A stretch of 64,000 bases of DNA from an uncultured Acidobacteriota bacterium (GTDB lineage: Bacteria > Acidobacteriota > Vicinamibacteria > Vicinamibacterales > UBA2999), in NCBI GenBank assembly GCA_963834325.1, contig CAWIBL010000011.1, positions 579,157 to 643,156 on the forward strand. The letters run 5' to 3'. The notes under the pieces are model-generated. The model had not been told where the DNA came from. It ran no database searches and saw only the letters and a list, made by a program, of their open reading frames with translations. Shown here in pieces: positions 1 to 10,197 of this stretch (position 1 is its first letter; each line of letters starts with the position of its first letter). A program made the translations under genes and the position numbers.

Positions 1-1
1 C

Positions 2-2213
2 GGGCCTGCCGCCGCCACGAACCACGGCGCGGTGCCGCACGACCCGCCCTCGCTCGTGGAGCGCCGGGCCGCCGACGACGTGACGGTGCGGGCCGTGCGC
101 CTGACGGCGCCGCTCTCCATCGACGGGCGCCTCGACGAAGCCATCTACGCGACGCTGCCGGCCATCTCGGACTTCATCCAGCAGGAGCCGCGCGAAGGGC
201 AGCCGGCCACCGAGAAGACCGAGGCCTGGATCCTTTACGACGACGAGAACCTCTACATCTGCGCCCGCAACTGGAACAGCCAGCCCGAACGCGAGGTCGC
301 CAACGAGATGCGGCGCGACAACGGCAACATCCTCGGCAACGACAACTTCACCTTCGTCATCGACACCCTGCACGACAAGCGCAACGGCTACATGTTCCAG
401 ACCAATCCGCTGGGCGCGCTGCGCGACATGACGGTGACCGACGACCAGCAGAACTCCGCCTGGAACGGCATCTGGTACGTGAAGACCGGGCACTTCGACC
501 AGGGCTGGACGCTCGAGGTGGCCATCCCCTTCAAGACCCTGCGCTACAACGGCAACGGCGCCCAGACCTGGGGCGTCAACATGCGCCGGTTGGTGCGCTG
601 GAAGAACGAATTCTCCTACCTGTCGCTGGTGCCGGCGGCCCTGGGCACGACCGGGGTCAGCCGCATGGCTTCGGCCGCCACGGTGATCGGCCTGGAGACC
701 CCGGCGTCGTCGAAGAACCTCGAGTTCAAGCCTTATGCGGTGTCGTCGGCCACCACCAGCCGCACCGGCGCCGCGCCCTTCGACAATCGCCTCGACCGCA
801 ACGCCGGCTTCGACTTCAAGTACGGGTTGACGCGCAGCCTGATCCTCGATGCCACCTACCGCACCGACTTCGCGCAGGTCGAAGAAGATCTGCAGCAGAT
901 CAACCTGACCCGCTTCAGCCTGTTCTTCCCCGAGAAGCGCGACTTCTTCATCGAGGGCCAGGGCATCTTCGACTTCGGCGGGGTGCAGGCCGGCAACAGT
1001 CCCGGCGATGTGCCGCTGCTCTTCTTCAGCCGCCAGATCGGCCTCAGCGCCGGCCAGGCCGTGCCGGTGGTGGGCGGCCTGCGCCTCACCGGCCGCACCG
1101 GCCCTTACAGCCTCGGCGTCCTCAACATCCAGACCGACGACGCCCCGGCGGCCCGCGCCGTGTCCACCAACTTCTCGACGGTGCGGCTGAAGCGCAACCT
1201 GCTGCGGCGCAGCAACGTCGGCATGATGGCGACGCTGCGCAGCCCCGGCGTGGCCGGCGCCACGTCCCCGCGGCAGGACGCCGAGCTACAGCATCGGCGC
1301 GGATGCCACGATGCTGTTCTTCAAGAGCATCAACCTCACCAGCTACTACGCCCGCACGAGCACGCCGTCCCCCGGTGGCGCCACCGTGGCCGGCGCCAGC
1401 TACCGGGCCCGCTTCGACTACACCAACGACCGTTACGGCGCCGCCGCCGAACACATGCTCATCGACGGCGGCTTCACGCCGGAAGTGGGCTTCGTGCGCC
1501 GCACCGACGTGCGCCGCACCTATGGCCAGGTGCGCTTCAGCCCGCGCCCCCGGCGTAGCGCCGTGGTCCGCAAGCTCACCTGGCAGGCCAGCCTGGACTA
1601 CGTCACCAACGCGCGCGCCACCGAGTTGCAGAGCCGCGAGGCCAACGGCCAGTTCCGCGTCGACTTCCAGTCGAGCGATTCGACCACGCTCGAAGTGTCG
1701 CGGGAGTACGAGCGGCTGCCGGCGCGCTTCACCATCGCCCCGGGCGTCTTCGTGCCGGCCGGCGGCTACAGCTACGACACGGCGCGGGTCAGCTATCAGC
1801 TCGGCCAGCAGCGCCGCGTCTCGGGGCGGCTGTCGGCCGCTACCGGCACGCTCTATGAGGGCACCCGGCGAGATCTGTCCTACAGCGGCCGCTGGGGTGT
1901 GGTGCCGCGCTTCTCGCTGGAACCGAGCGTGTCGCTCAACTGGGTCAGCCTCCCCTACGGGGACTTCACCGCCCGTCTGTTGAGCACCCGCTTCACGGTC
2001 ACCCCCACCGCCCGCATGCTGATCAGCAGCCTGGTGCAATACAACGTGGACGCGCGCAACGTCAGCTCCAGTCTGCGCTTGCGCTGGGAGTACACCGGCG
2101 GCAGCGAGCTCTTCGTCGTCTACAGCGACGGCCGCGACACGCGCGGCGCCGGCCTCCCGGCGCTGCTCAACCGGACGTTTGCCATCAAGGCCACGCGGCT
2201 GTTTCGCTTCTGA
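2..2213 (+). CDS. DUF5916-type protein with an N-terminal carbohydrate-binding-family-9-like module. The 5' end lies outside the window and the frame is broken once near 1265-1285.
   Basis: The frame of ORF 32..1558 is open back to nt 2. Its first ~410 aa look native ('ISDFIQQEPREGQPATEKTEAWILYDDENLYI', 'GWTLEVAIPFKTLRY', 'DATYRTDFAQVEEDLQQINLTRF') and then decay into Arg/His-rich text after ~1270. At that point the frame of ORF 1311..2213 (upstream extension '..SYSIGADATMLFFKSINL') picks up a C-terminus ending 'AIKATRLFRF'. The family name is from memory, not searched. Confidence 0.55.
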
Positions 2214-2244
2214 GCCGGATCCGCGGCGGGATGACAATGGAGCC

Positions 2245-4467
2245 ATGACCAAGTCGCGGATCGTCCTGCTGGTGGCGCTCGGGGCGGCCGTGGCCGCCTT
2301 CTTCGTCTTCGACCTGCAGCGCTACCTGTCGCTCGAGTTCTTCCAGAGCCGGCGCGCCGCCATCGACGCCTACTACGCGGCCCATCCGGCGCAGACCATC
2401 GCCGCCTACGCCGCCCTCTACGTGGCCGTCACCGCGCTGTCGCTGCCCGGCGCGGCCATCATGACCCTGGCCGGCGGCGCCATCTTCGGCTTCGTCCCCG
2501 GCCTGCTCATCGTCTCGTTCGCCTCGTCGGTGGGGGCCACGCTGGCCTTCCTGAGCGCGCGCTTCCTGCTGCGCGACTGGGTGCAGCAGCGCTTCGGGGC
2601 CCGCCTGAAGCCGCTCGACGCCGGCATCGAGCGCGAGGGCGCCTTCTATCTCTTTGCCCTGCGCCTGGTGCCGCTCTTCCCGTTCTTCCTGGTCAATCTG
2701 GCGATGGGCCTGACGCGCCTCGGCACGGCCACCTTCTACGGGGTCAGTCAGCTCGGCATGCTGCCCGGCACGGCGGTGTTCGTCTATGCCGGCACGCAGC
2801 TCGGCACCTTCCAGGTCTCGCCGCAGCTTCTCGTGGCGCTGGCGCTGCTCGGGGTGTTCCCGCTCGCCGCCCGGCGCGGCCTCGACGCCGTCAAGGCCCG
2901 CAAGGTCTATGCGCGATGGGCGCCGCAACGGCCGCAGACCTTCGACTTCAACCTGGTGGTGATTGGCGCCGGCTCGGCCGGCCTGGTTTCGGCCTACATC
3001 GCGGCCGCCACCAAGGCGCGGGTGGCGCTCGTCGAGGCCCACAAGATGGGCGGCGACTGCCTGAACACCGGCTGCGTGCCGAGCAAGGCCCTGCTGCGGT
3101 CGGCCAAGCTGCTGTCGCACATCGCGCGCGCCAAGGACCTGGGCATCGCCGAGGCCAGCGCGCGTTTCGATTTCGCCGAGGTGATGGCGCGGATTCAGCG
3201 CGTCGTGGCCACCATCGAGCCGCACGACTCGGTGGCGCGCTACACCGGGCTGGGCGTGGACGTGGTGGAAGGGCGGGCCCGCATCACCTCGCCCTGGACC
3301 GTGGAGGTGCAGACCGCCGCGGGACCGCGCACGCTCACCACCAAGGCCATCGTCATCGCCGCCGGCGCCAAGCCGGCGGTGCCGCCGATTCCCGGTCTCG
3401 ACGAGGTCGGCTACCTGACGTCGAACACCATCTGGGACCTGCGCGAGCAGCCGGCGCGGCTGGTGGTGCTCGGCGGCGGGCCCATCGGCGCCGAGATGGC
3501 CCAGGCCTTTGCCCGCCTCGGCAGCCAGGTCACCGTGGTCGAGAAGTCGCCGCGCCTGCTGATGCGCGAGGACCCAGACGTGTCGGCGTTGATCGCGGAG
3601 CGGTTCACGCGCGAGGGCGTGCGCGTGCTCACCGGCCACACCGCCAGCGCGTTCCTGGTCGAGGCCGGCGAGAAGGTGCTCGTAGCCACGCACGAGAACG
3701 GCGAGGTGCGCGTGCCCTTCGACGCGGTGCTCGTGGCCGTGGGCCGCGTGGCCAACACGACCGGCTACGGCCTCGAGGAACTGGGCATCGCCACCACGCC
3801 GGCGCGCACGGTGCAGACCGACGACTACCTGCAGACGATCTATCCGAACATCTTCGCCTGCGGCGACGTGGCCGGGCCCTTCCAGTTCACGCACACGGCC
3901 GCCCATCAGGCCTGGTATGCCGCGGTGAACGCGCTCTTCGGCACCTTCAAACACTTCAAGGCCGACTACCGCGTCATCCCGTGGTGCACGTTCACCGATC
4001 CCGAAGTGGCGCGGGTCGGCCTGAACGAGCAGGACGCGCGGGAGCAGAACGTGGCCTGCACGGTGAGCACCTACGACCTCGCCGAACTGGACCGCGCCAT
4101 CGCCGAGGAGGAAGCGCACGGCTTCGTCAAGGTCCTCACCAAGCCCGGCACCGACACCATCCTGGGCGTGACCTGCGTCGGCGACCATGCCGGCGACCTG
4201 CTGGCCGAGTACGTGCTGGCCATGAAGCACGGGCTCGGGCTGAACAAGATCCTCGGCACGATTCACACCTATCCGACCTTGGCCGAAGCCAACAAGTACG
4301 TCGCCGGCGTGTGGCGGCGTGGGTCGGTCACGCGCGGCCAGTGGGCGTTCCTCACGGCGTTCCAGGCCTGGCGGCGCGGCGCCGGCGGCCTCGGCGCCGT
4401 GGCCGGCCGCCTGCCCGGACTGCTGCGCGACAAGCGCCCGGCCTACACCACCGACGAGCCGGTCTGA
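2245..4467 (+). CDS. TVP38/TMEM64 (DedA/SNARE-associated) membrane domain fused to an FAD-dependent pyridine nucleotide-disulfide oxidoreductase
   Basis: ATG at 2245 ('MTKSRIVLLVALGAAVAAFF'). The N-terminal ~230 aa are hydrophobic with 'LRLVPLFPFFLVNLAMGLT'. Next come the dinucleotide fold 'NLVVIGAGSAGLVSAY', the redox-active 'GGDCLNTGCVPSK', a second Rossmann fold 'LVVLGGGPIGAEMAQ', and an 'HTYPTLAE' dimerisation motif. The frame is intact. Confidence 0.8.
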   Translation: MTKSRIVLLVALGAAVAAFFVFDLQRYLSLEFFQSRRAAIDAYYAAHPAQTIAAYAALYVAVTALSLPGAAIMTLAGGAIFGFVPGLLIVSFASSVGATLAFLSARFLLRDWVQQRFGARLKPLDAGIEREGAFYLFALRLVPLFPFFLVNLAMGLTRLGTATFYGVSQLGMLPGTAVFVYAGTQLGTFQVSPQLLVALALLGVFPLAARRGLDAVKARKVYARWAPQRPQTFDFNLVVIGAGSAGLVSAYIAAATKARVALVEAHKMGGDCLNTGCVPSKALLRSAKLLSHIARAKDLGIAEASARFDFAEVMARIQRVVATIEPHDSVARYTGLGVDVVEGRARITSPWTVEVQTAAGPRTLTTKAIVIAAGAKPAVPPIPGLDEVGYLTSNTIWDLREQPARLVVLGGGPIGAEMAQAFARLGSQVTVVEKSPRLLMREDPDVSALIAERFTREGVRVLTGHTASAFLVEAGEKVLVATHENGEVRVPFDAVLVAVGRVANTTGYGLEELGIATTPARTVQTDDYLQTIYPNIFACGDVAGPFQFTHTAAHQAWYAAVNALFGTFKHFKADYRVIPWCTFTDPEVARVGLNEQDAREQNVACTVSTYDLAELDRAIAEEEAHGFVKVLTKPGTDTILGVTCVGDHAGDLLAEYVLAMKHGLGLNKILGTIHTYPTLAEANKYVAGVWRRGSVTRGQWAFLTAFQAWRRGAGGLGAVAGRLPGLLRDKRPAYTTDEPV

Positions 4468-5071
4468 CCGAGCGCGTCTCCGGCCAGTCGGGAGGCGTAG
4501 GCCGCGACGTCTGGCGGCCACGCCGCGACGTGGGCCGCGAAGCTGGCCGCGTCCCCGGCAAAGAGGGCGCGGATCGCCTCCTCGAAGCCGGGCAGGTTGC
4601 CGGCCAGCGCCGCCATGACGCGGTAGGCCACGTCCTGCGATTGGCGCACGCGGTCGCGCCCGACGCTGGCGCGCCGGGCCTCGTCGACCAGCCGGCGCAG
4701 GGCCACGGAGGCGCCGCCCGGCTGGCCGGTGAGCCACTGCCAGTGCCGCGGCAGCAGCGTCACCTCGCGCGCCACCACGCCGAGCCGCGGCCGGCCCGGC
4801 CCCCGCGGCGCGTGGGCCCCGCCTCCCCGCGCCGCCGCGCCGCCTCGCGAGCCATCAGGCCGCGGAGCATCTCGGCCTCGGTGCCGCCGTAGTCGAGATC
4901 GATCTGTTCGCCGGTGGCGTCGTCGAAGACCAGGACGGTCGAGGTCGTGGAGCGGCCGAACGCGGCCCGGGCGGCGCGCGCCACCTCGTCGAGAGGGCCA
5001 GCGGCCACGCGGCGAGGCCCGTCGAAGGCGGTGCAGGCGCCCCGGCGATCGTCGCTGCGGGTCGGCGGCAT
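4443..5071 (-). CDS. DUF2239 family protein, frame broken once near 4800-4830
   Basis: The N-terminal piece lies in ORF 4760..5071 ('CTAFDGPRRVAAGPLDEVARAA..VLVFDDATGEQIDLDYGGTEAEML'). The C-terminal piece lies in ORF 4443..5078 ('PRGPGRPRLGVVAREVTLLPRHWQWL..SVALRRLVDEAR'). The pieces are consecutive in different frames. The 3' end overlaps the convergent gene 2245..4467 by ~25 nt. Confidence 0.5.
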
Positions 5072-5166
5072 GGCGCATTCTACCCGGGGGGAATCACGGC
5101 GATGGCAGCAGGTATGATGAGACCGTGGCCGGATCGTGCCGGGCCGCTTCCAAAGGATTCCCCGTG

Positions 5167-6459
5167 ATGCACCGCGCGACGCCGCTGCTTGCCTTGTCCC
5201 TGTGCGTGATGGCCGGCACCGCCGGCCTGGTCGGCCAGCGCGCCACCGCGCCGGCCTGCGACCCCGACAACGGCGGCCTCACGCTGGCTCCCGGCTTCTG
5301 CGCCAAGGTCATCGCCACCGACCTCGGGGCCGCGCGCAATCTTGCCGTGGCGGCCAACGGCGACGTCTACGTGTCGATCAGAAACGGCGCCCGCGCGCCC
5401 GGCCAGCCGCCCCAACCTGGCTATCTGATGGCGCTGCGCGACACCGACGGCGACGGCGTCATGGACCAGAAGGAGAAGTTCGGCACCACCGGCGCCACCG
5501 GGCTGGTGCTGCGCAACGGTTATCTCTACTTCGCGACGCCGCTGTCGGTCGAGCGCTTCAAGCTCACGCCCGGACAGCTGGTGCCCGCCGGCCCCGCCGA
5601 AGTGATGGTCGGCGGCTTCCCCGAGCAGCGCGGCCACCAGGACAAGGACGTGGCCTTCGACGACAAGGGCAACATGTTCGTCACCATCGGCCTGCCCTCG
5701 AACGCCTGCGCCCAGCCCGATCGGCAGCCCGGCGCCAAGGGCCTCGACCCCTGTCCGCAACTGGAGAACAGCGGCGGCGTGTGGAAGTTCAGCGACACGC
5801 CGGGCCAGACCTACGCGGCCAAGAACCGCTACGCCACCGGCGTGCGCCAGGGCCTGGCGCTGGCCTGGCACGACGGCCGTCTCTACCTGGCCGTGAACAG
5901 CCGCGACTCGCTCGACACGCTCTACCCGGACCTGTTCACGCCCGAGGAGAACCAGAACCGGCCGCTCGAACCGCTGCTCGAGGTCAAGGAGGGATCGGTG
6001 TTCGGCTGGCCCTACTGCTTCCTCGACGGCAAGTTGAACAAGATGGTGCTGGCGCCGGAGTATGGCGGCGATGGCACCGAGATCGGCCGCTGCGCCCAGT
6101 TCGAGGCGCCGATTGCCGGCTATCCGGCGCATTCCGCGCCGGTCGACCTGCAGTTCTTCACCAGCCCGCAGCTGCCGGCCAAGTACCGCGGCGGCGCCTT
6201 CCTGGTGATGCACGGCTCGTGGAACCGCGCCCCGGCCCCGATGCAGGGCTACAACATCCTCTACCAGCCGTTTGCCAACGGGAAGCCGAGCGGCAAGTAC
6301 GAAGTGTTCGCCGACGGCTTTGCCGGCAAGACGCCGATCATGAACCCGTCGGAAGCGGTGTCACGCGCCAACGGCATCGCCATCGGCCCCGACGGCTCGC
6401 TCTACATCACCGAGAGCGTCAAGGGGAAGACCTGGCGCGTCTTCGCCCGAGCCCAGTAG
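5167..6459 (+). CDS. PQQ-dependent sugar (sorbosone/glucose) dehydrogenase-like beta-propeller protein, secreted
   Basis: ATG at 5167 gives the signal-like 'MHRATPLLALSLCVMAGTAGLVG'. Family motifs are 'GSVFGWPYCF', 'YPAHSAPVDLQFF', 'GGAFLVMHGSWNR' and 'ANGIAIGPDGSLYITES'. The upstream part of ORF 4729..6459 is Arg-rich antisense text of the DUF2239 gene. Confidence 0.7.
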   Translation: MHRATPLLALSLCVMAGTAGLVGQRATAPACDPDNGGLTLAPGFCAKVIATDLGAARNLAVAANGDVYVSIRNGARAPGQPPQPGYLMALRDTDGDGVMDQKEKFGTTGATGLVLRNGYLYFATPLSVERFKLTPGQLVPAGPAEVMVGGFPEQRGHQDKDVAFDDKGNMFVTIGLPSNACAQPDRQPGAKGLDPCPQLENSGGVWKFSDTPGQTYAAKNRYATGVRQGLALAWHDGRLYLAVNSRDSLDTLYPDLFTPEENQNRPLEPLLEVKEGSVFGWPYCFLDGKLNKMVLAPEYGGDGTEIGRCAQFEAPIAGYPAHSAPVDLQFFTSPQLPAKYRGGAFLVMHGSWNRAPAPMQGYNILYQPFANGKPSGKYEVFADGFAGKTPIMNPSEAVSRANGIAIGPDGSLYITESVKGKTWRVFARAQ

Positions 6460-7251
6460 TCAGGCGCCGTCGCGCTGCCGGCGGCTCTCGCGCAGGTAGT
6501 GCGGGCTGAACTGCAGGCCGTAGGCGGTGGTCATCTTGTGCTCGCTCTTCTTCTCGAAGAAGGTCGAGACCGACTGCTTGAAGGCCTGCTGTTCGGCCGC
6601 GGTGCCGTCCACGAGGGTGACCTCCTCGCGCGGCACGAACAGCACCTGGCCGATCGGCAGCGTGTGGCCAAGGCTCATGCCCTCGCCCGGCTGCAGCACG
6701 TAGCGGAACTCGGTGGCGTGGGCGAACCAGTCGGTTTCCACGCGCACGATGAGCATGGGCGCGATGGGCCGCTCGATCATGTTGAAGATCGGCGTGTAGA
6801 CGGTGTCCCAGCCCTCGGGCGTCTGGAAGTTGGTGGCGCCGCACACCGACACCGCCCCCGGCGGCGTGCCGAGATCCTCGGGCACCAAAAACGCCTTGGC
6901 CATGTTGACCGCGTTCTCGTCGCTGATCATCGGCTTGCGGAACTCGACCTGCTCGGTGATGGCGCCGAGGCCGCCGACCGGGAGCTGGAAGGCGACGGTG
7001 AAAATCTTGTCCCACTTGCCGCCGGGCAGCGACAGGAAGAAGGTGCAGGTGTACTTGCCCTCGCCCTCGTAGCCGAGATGCACCGCCTCGTTGGGCTCGA
7101 GCGGCGGGTAGACCATGAACCCCAGGGCGCTGCCGGCTTCGAGCACCGGGCAGTGCCGCGCGTGCTGCGGCAGCAGCGGCCGCTGGGCCTCGCGCTTCGG
7201 GCGCATCCCCACACCCGGCCGGCCCGCATTCGAAAACGTCCGCACTTCCAT
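6460..7251 (-). CDS. Conserved-looking hypothetical protein (263 aa)
   Basis: This is an intact ORF with balanced, non-repetitive composition ('GYEGEGKYTCTFFLSLPGGKWDKIFTVAFQLP', 'TNFQTPEGWDTVYTPIFNMIERP'). I cannot assign a family with confidence. Its stop abuts the stop of the convergent gene at 6459. Confidence 0.45.
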   Translation of the reverse strand: MEVRTFSNAGRPGVGMRPKREAQRPLLPQHARHCPVLEAGSALGFMVYPPLEPNEAVHLGYEGEGKYTCTFFLSLPGGKWDKIFTVAFQLPVGGLGAITEQVEFRKPMISDENAVNMAKAFLVPEDLGTPPGAVSVCGATNFQTPEGWDTVYTPIFNMIERPIAPMLIVRVETDWFAHATEFRYVLQPGEGMSLGHTLPIGQVLFVPREEVTLVDGTAAEQQAFKQSVSTFFEKKSEHKMTTAYGLQFSPHYLRESRRQRDGA

Positions 7252-7424
7252 CGGTCCTGCCTCCCGGCACGGCTAGTCCGGCGCGTCACGGCGGAGCTCC
7301 GGCCGCCCGTCCCGCGCCCTATCGAGCACTTTATACGACCACCCGCGGAGCAGTTCGTGAGCGCCGCTCGTGGCGGCGGGCGGTTCGGCGGGATCGGCGG
7401 CCTGACCCGATGCGGTCGACCCGG

Positions 7425-8504
7425 TCAATCCCGGCGCGCCGTCGAGCGGCCCGGCTCGTCGCGCGCCACTGCGCACGGCACACCCAGGAACCGGCCGAGC
7501 CGCGCCGCTTCGGCCGCGATGGCCGCCTGCTGGCGGGCCGTGGGCAACGCGTGCCAGCGCAGCGTGACCCGCGCCGAGGTGGCGGTCACGACCCGCTGCC
7601 AACTGCCGGCCACCTGGCCGTCGGCCACGACCTGATGCGGGAACTCGACGGCCGAGAAGATGCCCAGATTGCGGGCCCGGGCCGGGTCGAGCACGGCGTC
7701 ACGGTCCTTGTAGGCAATCAGGTACTCGTCGTAGTTCGGCAGCAGGAAGTGGGCTCCGGCCACGCGTTGCCGCGTCGGCGGCGCCGTCAGCACCTCGCCC
7801 GCGCCGGCGGCCTCGGCGCCACGCCGCGCCTCGGCCATGGTGAGCCCCGACCACCACGCGAAGTCGCGCACGGTGGCCGGCCCGTGACTGCGGAAGTAGC
7901 GCTGGCCCAGACGCGCGCAGGCCTCGTCGCGCGGCAGGACCGTGGCCTGTGGCGCCCGCTCGGCCAGCAGCCCGTAGGTGAACTGCGCGCCCCGGCGCGG
8001 GCCGCTGCAGATGTCGCCCTCGAGCTCGGCGTGCATCACCAGGTGCGCGAGGCGCTGGCCGGTGGCCTCGATGCCGCCGTCGCGCAGGGCCTGCGCCAGT
8101 TCGGTCCGCGTCCGGGTCTGGCCGCCGGCGAGGGCCCGGGTCAGCAGCGTGCGCGCCCGGCGGTAGACGCGGGCGTCGAGTTCCAAGCGGGCGTCGGAGG
8201 AACGCAGCTTGGCCTGCACGCGCGGGCCGGTCAGCGCCAGCATCCAGCGGATGTCGGCGGGCGCCACCAGGTGCCAGGTCGGACGCAGGACATGCGTGCG
8301 CAGGATGCGTCCGGCGGCCAGGGCCGCGTCGACGTCCGCCAGGGTCAGTTGCGCGGTGCGCAGCGCCAGGGCCCAGGCGGCGCCGAGGTAGTCCTGCGCC
8401 TGCACGGCGCCCAGCCACGACACCACCTGCTCCGGCGTCCGCGGCGGCGCGGCAATCAGGCCCTGATTTCGCAGGCGCGCGGCAAGCAGGGCGGACGGCG
8501 GCAT
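7425..8504 (-). CDS. Winged-helix DNA-binding protein of the YcaQ/AlkZ (crosslink-repair DNA glycosylase-like, DUF1006) type
   Basis: The N-terminus 'LLAARLRNQGL..PEQVVSWLGAVQAQDYLGAAWALALR' and later 'RILRTHVLRPTWHLVAPADIRWML', 'HGPATVRDFAWWSGL' and 'LLPNYDEYLIAY' match my memory of this family. The ORF is intact. Confidence 0.6.
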   Translation of the reverse strand: MPPSALLAARLRNQGLIAAPPRTPEQVVSWLGAVQAQDYLGAAWALALRTAQLTLADVDAALAAGRILRTHVLRPTWHLVAPADIRWMLALTGPRVQAKLRSSDARLELDARVYRRARTLLTRALAGGQTRTRTELAQALRDGGIEATGQRLAHLVMHAELEGDICSGPRRGAQFTYGLLAERAPQATVLPRDEACARLGQRYFRSHGPATVRDFAWWSGLTMAEARRGAEAAGAGEVLTAPPTRQRVAGAHFLLPNYDEYLIAYKDRDAVLDPARARNLGIFSAVEFPHQVVADGQVAGSWQRVVTATSARVTLRWHALPTARQQAAIAAEAARLGRFLGVPCAVARDEPGRSTARRD

Positions 8505-8545
8505 CGCGCCATCCTAACCGGGCGCGGTATCCTGAGTGGTCCCGC

Positions 8546-10015
8546 ATGATTCCGGCTGCCGTTTCCGCCCCTCGCGTTCGCTTCGCGCCCTCGCCCACCG
8601 GCTACCTGCACGTGGGCGGCGCCCGCACGGCCCTCTTCAACTGGCTCTTCGCCCGCCGCCAGGGCGGCACCTTCGTGCTGCGCATCGAAGACACCGACAT
8701 GGAACGCTCGTCCACCGAGATGGTGACCGGCATCCTCGACGGCCTGCGCTGGCTCGGGCTCGACTGGGACGAGGGCCCGGAGGTGGGCGGGCCGCACGCG
8801 CCCTACTACCAGTCGGAGCGGCTGGAGCGCTACCGGGCGGCCGCGCAGGAACTGGTGGCAGCAGGACGCGCTTATTACGATTTCGGTGGCCCGGCCCGGC
8901 GCGGCGACGCGGCAGCGGACGACGACGGCACCTACGAGCGGCGCTACGACCGCGACGCCTGCCTGGCGCGCCCAGCCACCGAGGTGGCCGCGCTGCTGGC
9001 GGCCGGCGAGCCCTACGCCGTCCGCTTCCTGGTGCCGCCGGGGGAGACCCTGTTCCCCGACCTGGTGCACGGCGAAGTGCGCTTCGACAACGCGCACATC
9101 GAGGACTTCGTCGTGCTGCGCAGCGACGGCTATCCCACCTATCACCTGTCGGTGGTGGTCGACGACGTGGACATGGCCATCAGCCACGTGGTGCGCGGCG
9201 ACGACCACATCTCGAACACGCCCAAGCAGGTGCTGCTCTATCAGGCCTTCGGGCAGCCGGTGCCGCTCTTTGCGCACGTGCCGCTCATCATGGGCGCCGA
9301 CAAGAAGCGGCTGAGCAAACGGCATGGGGCCACGTCGGTCATGGAGTACGAGCGCCAGGGCTACCTGCCCGAGGCCATGGTCAACTTCCTGGCGCTGCTC
9401 GGTTGGTCGCCGGGCGACGACACCGAACTGCTGACGGCGACGGCACTGGTCGAGCGCTTCACGCTCGAGGGCATCAGCACCGGCAACGCCGTCTTCAACA
9501 CCGAGAAACTCGACTGGTTCAATCACCAGTATCTGGGCCGCCTCCCGGACGACACGCTGGTGGACGTGCTGCGACCGTGGTTCGCGCGCGCGGAGTTGTG
9601 GCACGACGATCTGGCCGGGGCGCGGGCGGGGTGGTTCCACCAGGTGCTGGCGCTGCTGCGGCCGCGCAGCAAGCGTCTCGGCGACTTCGTGGACGGGGCC
9701 CGGCCGTTCCTGCAGCGTCCGGCCGGCTACGATGCCGAGGGCGTGGCCCGGCATCTGGCGGCGCCGGGGCTGCGCCCGCATCTGGAAGCGCTGCGCGACG
9801 CCTACGCCGCCCTCGCCGTCTTCGACGACGCGACGCTCGAACAAACGCTGCGCGCTCTGGCGGAGTCGCGCGGGTTGAAGGCCGGCGCGCTGATCCACGC
9901 CACCCGGCTGGCCCTGACCGGCAAGACGGTGAGCCCCGGTCTCTTCGAGACGGCGCGGCTGCTCGGACAGGCCGAGACCGTGGCCCGCTTCGACGCGCTC
10001 ATCGCGACGCTGTAG
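8546..10015 (+). CDS. gltX: Glutamate--tRNA ligase
   Basis: The class I signatures are 'RFAPSPTGYLHVGGARTALFNWLFAR', 'FVLRIEDTDMERS' and the KMSKS-type 'KKRLSKRHGA'. The 489-aa ORF is intact. Confidence 0.95.
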   Translation: MIPAAVSAPRVRFAPSPTGYLHVGGARTALFNWLFARRQGGTFVLRIEDTDMERSSTEMVTGILDGLRWLGLDWDEGPEVGGPHAPYYQSERLERYRAAAQELVAAGRAYYDFGGPARRGDAAADDDGTYERRYDRDACLARPATEVAALLAAGEPYAVRFLVPPGETLFPDLVHGEVRFDNAHIEDFVVLRSDGYPTYHLSVVVDDVDMAISHVVRGDDHISNTPKQVLLYQAFGQPVPLFAHVPLIMGADKKRLSKRHGATSVMEYERQGYLPEAMVNFLALLGWSPGDDTELLTATALVERFTLEGISTGNAVFNTEKLDWFNHQYLGRLPDDTLVDVLRPWFARAELWHDDLAGARAGWFHQVLALLRPRSKRLGDFVDGARPFLQRPAGYDAEGVARHLAAPGLRPHLEALRDAYAALAVFDDATLEQTLRALAESRGLKAGALIHATRLALTGKTVSPGLFETARLLGQAETVARFDALIATL

Positions 10016-10137
10016 CCAGCGGCAGGATTGAGCGCAACGCGACCCAACTGTCGCAACGTCTTGCCTAGCCCTGACTTCGTTCTGCCAATCCACCCGAGTG
10101 GCGGTAATCGCTACGACGCCAATCAGGCCACATCCCC

Positions 10138-10163
10138 GGAACTGCACGTCAAGTTGCAGTTCC
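10138..10163. promoter_or_regulatory. Perfect 9-bp inverted repeat GGAACTGCA-N8-TGCAGTTCC, an operator-like site or RNA hairpin, 35 nt upstream of the small ORF at 10198
   Basis: Read directly: 10138-10146 GGAACTGCA, spacer CGTCAAGT, 10155-10163 TGCAGTTCC. No T-tract follows, so it is not a classic terminator. Confidence 0.3.
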
Positions 10164-10197
10164 AGCACTTGGCCCGCGCATTGCTCTACAGGTAGGT

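Noticed and set aside
2245-4467. The TVP38/DedA-oxidoreductase fusion as a novelty.
   Set aside because: To my knowledge this fusion architecture is already common in annotated bacterial genomes. It is intact here and shows no unusual context.
2185-4737. Very long antisense or off-frame ORFs, for example 2185..4737(-) at 850 aa, 8456..10168(-), 10625..12247(+), 16103..17878(-), 23525..25894(-), 52160..54502(-) and 54499..56781(-).
   Set aside because: Their translations are Arg/Gly/Ala/His-rich low-complexity text, typical of stop-poor shadow frames in GC-rich DNA. Each one overlaps a gene on the other strand or frame that has clear family motifs.
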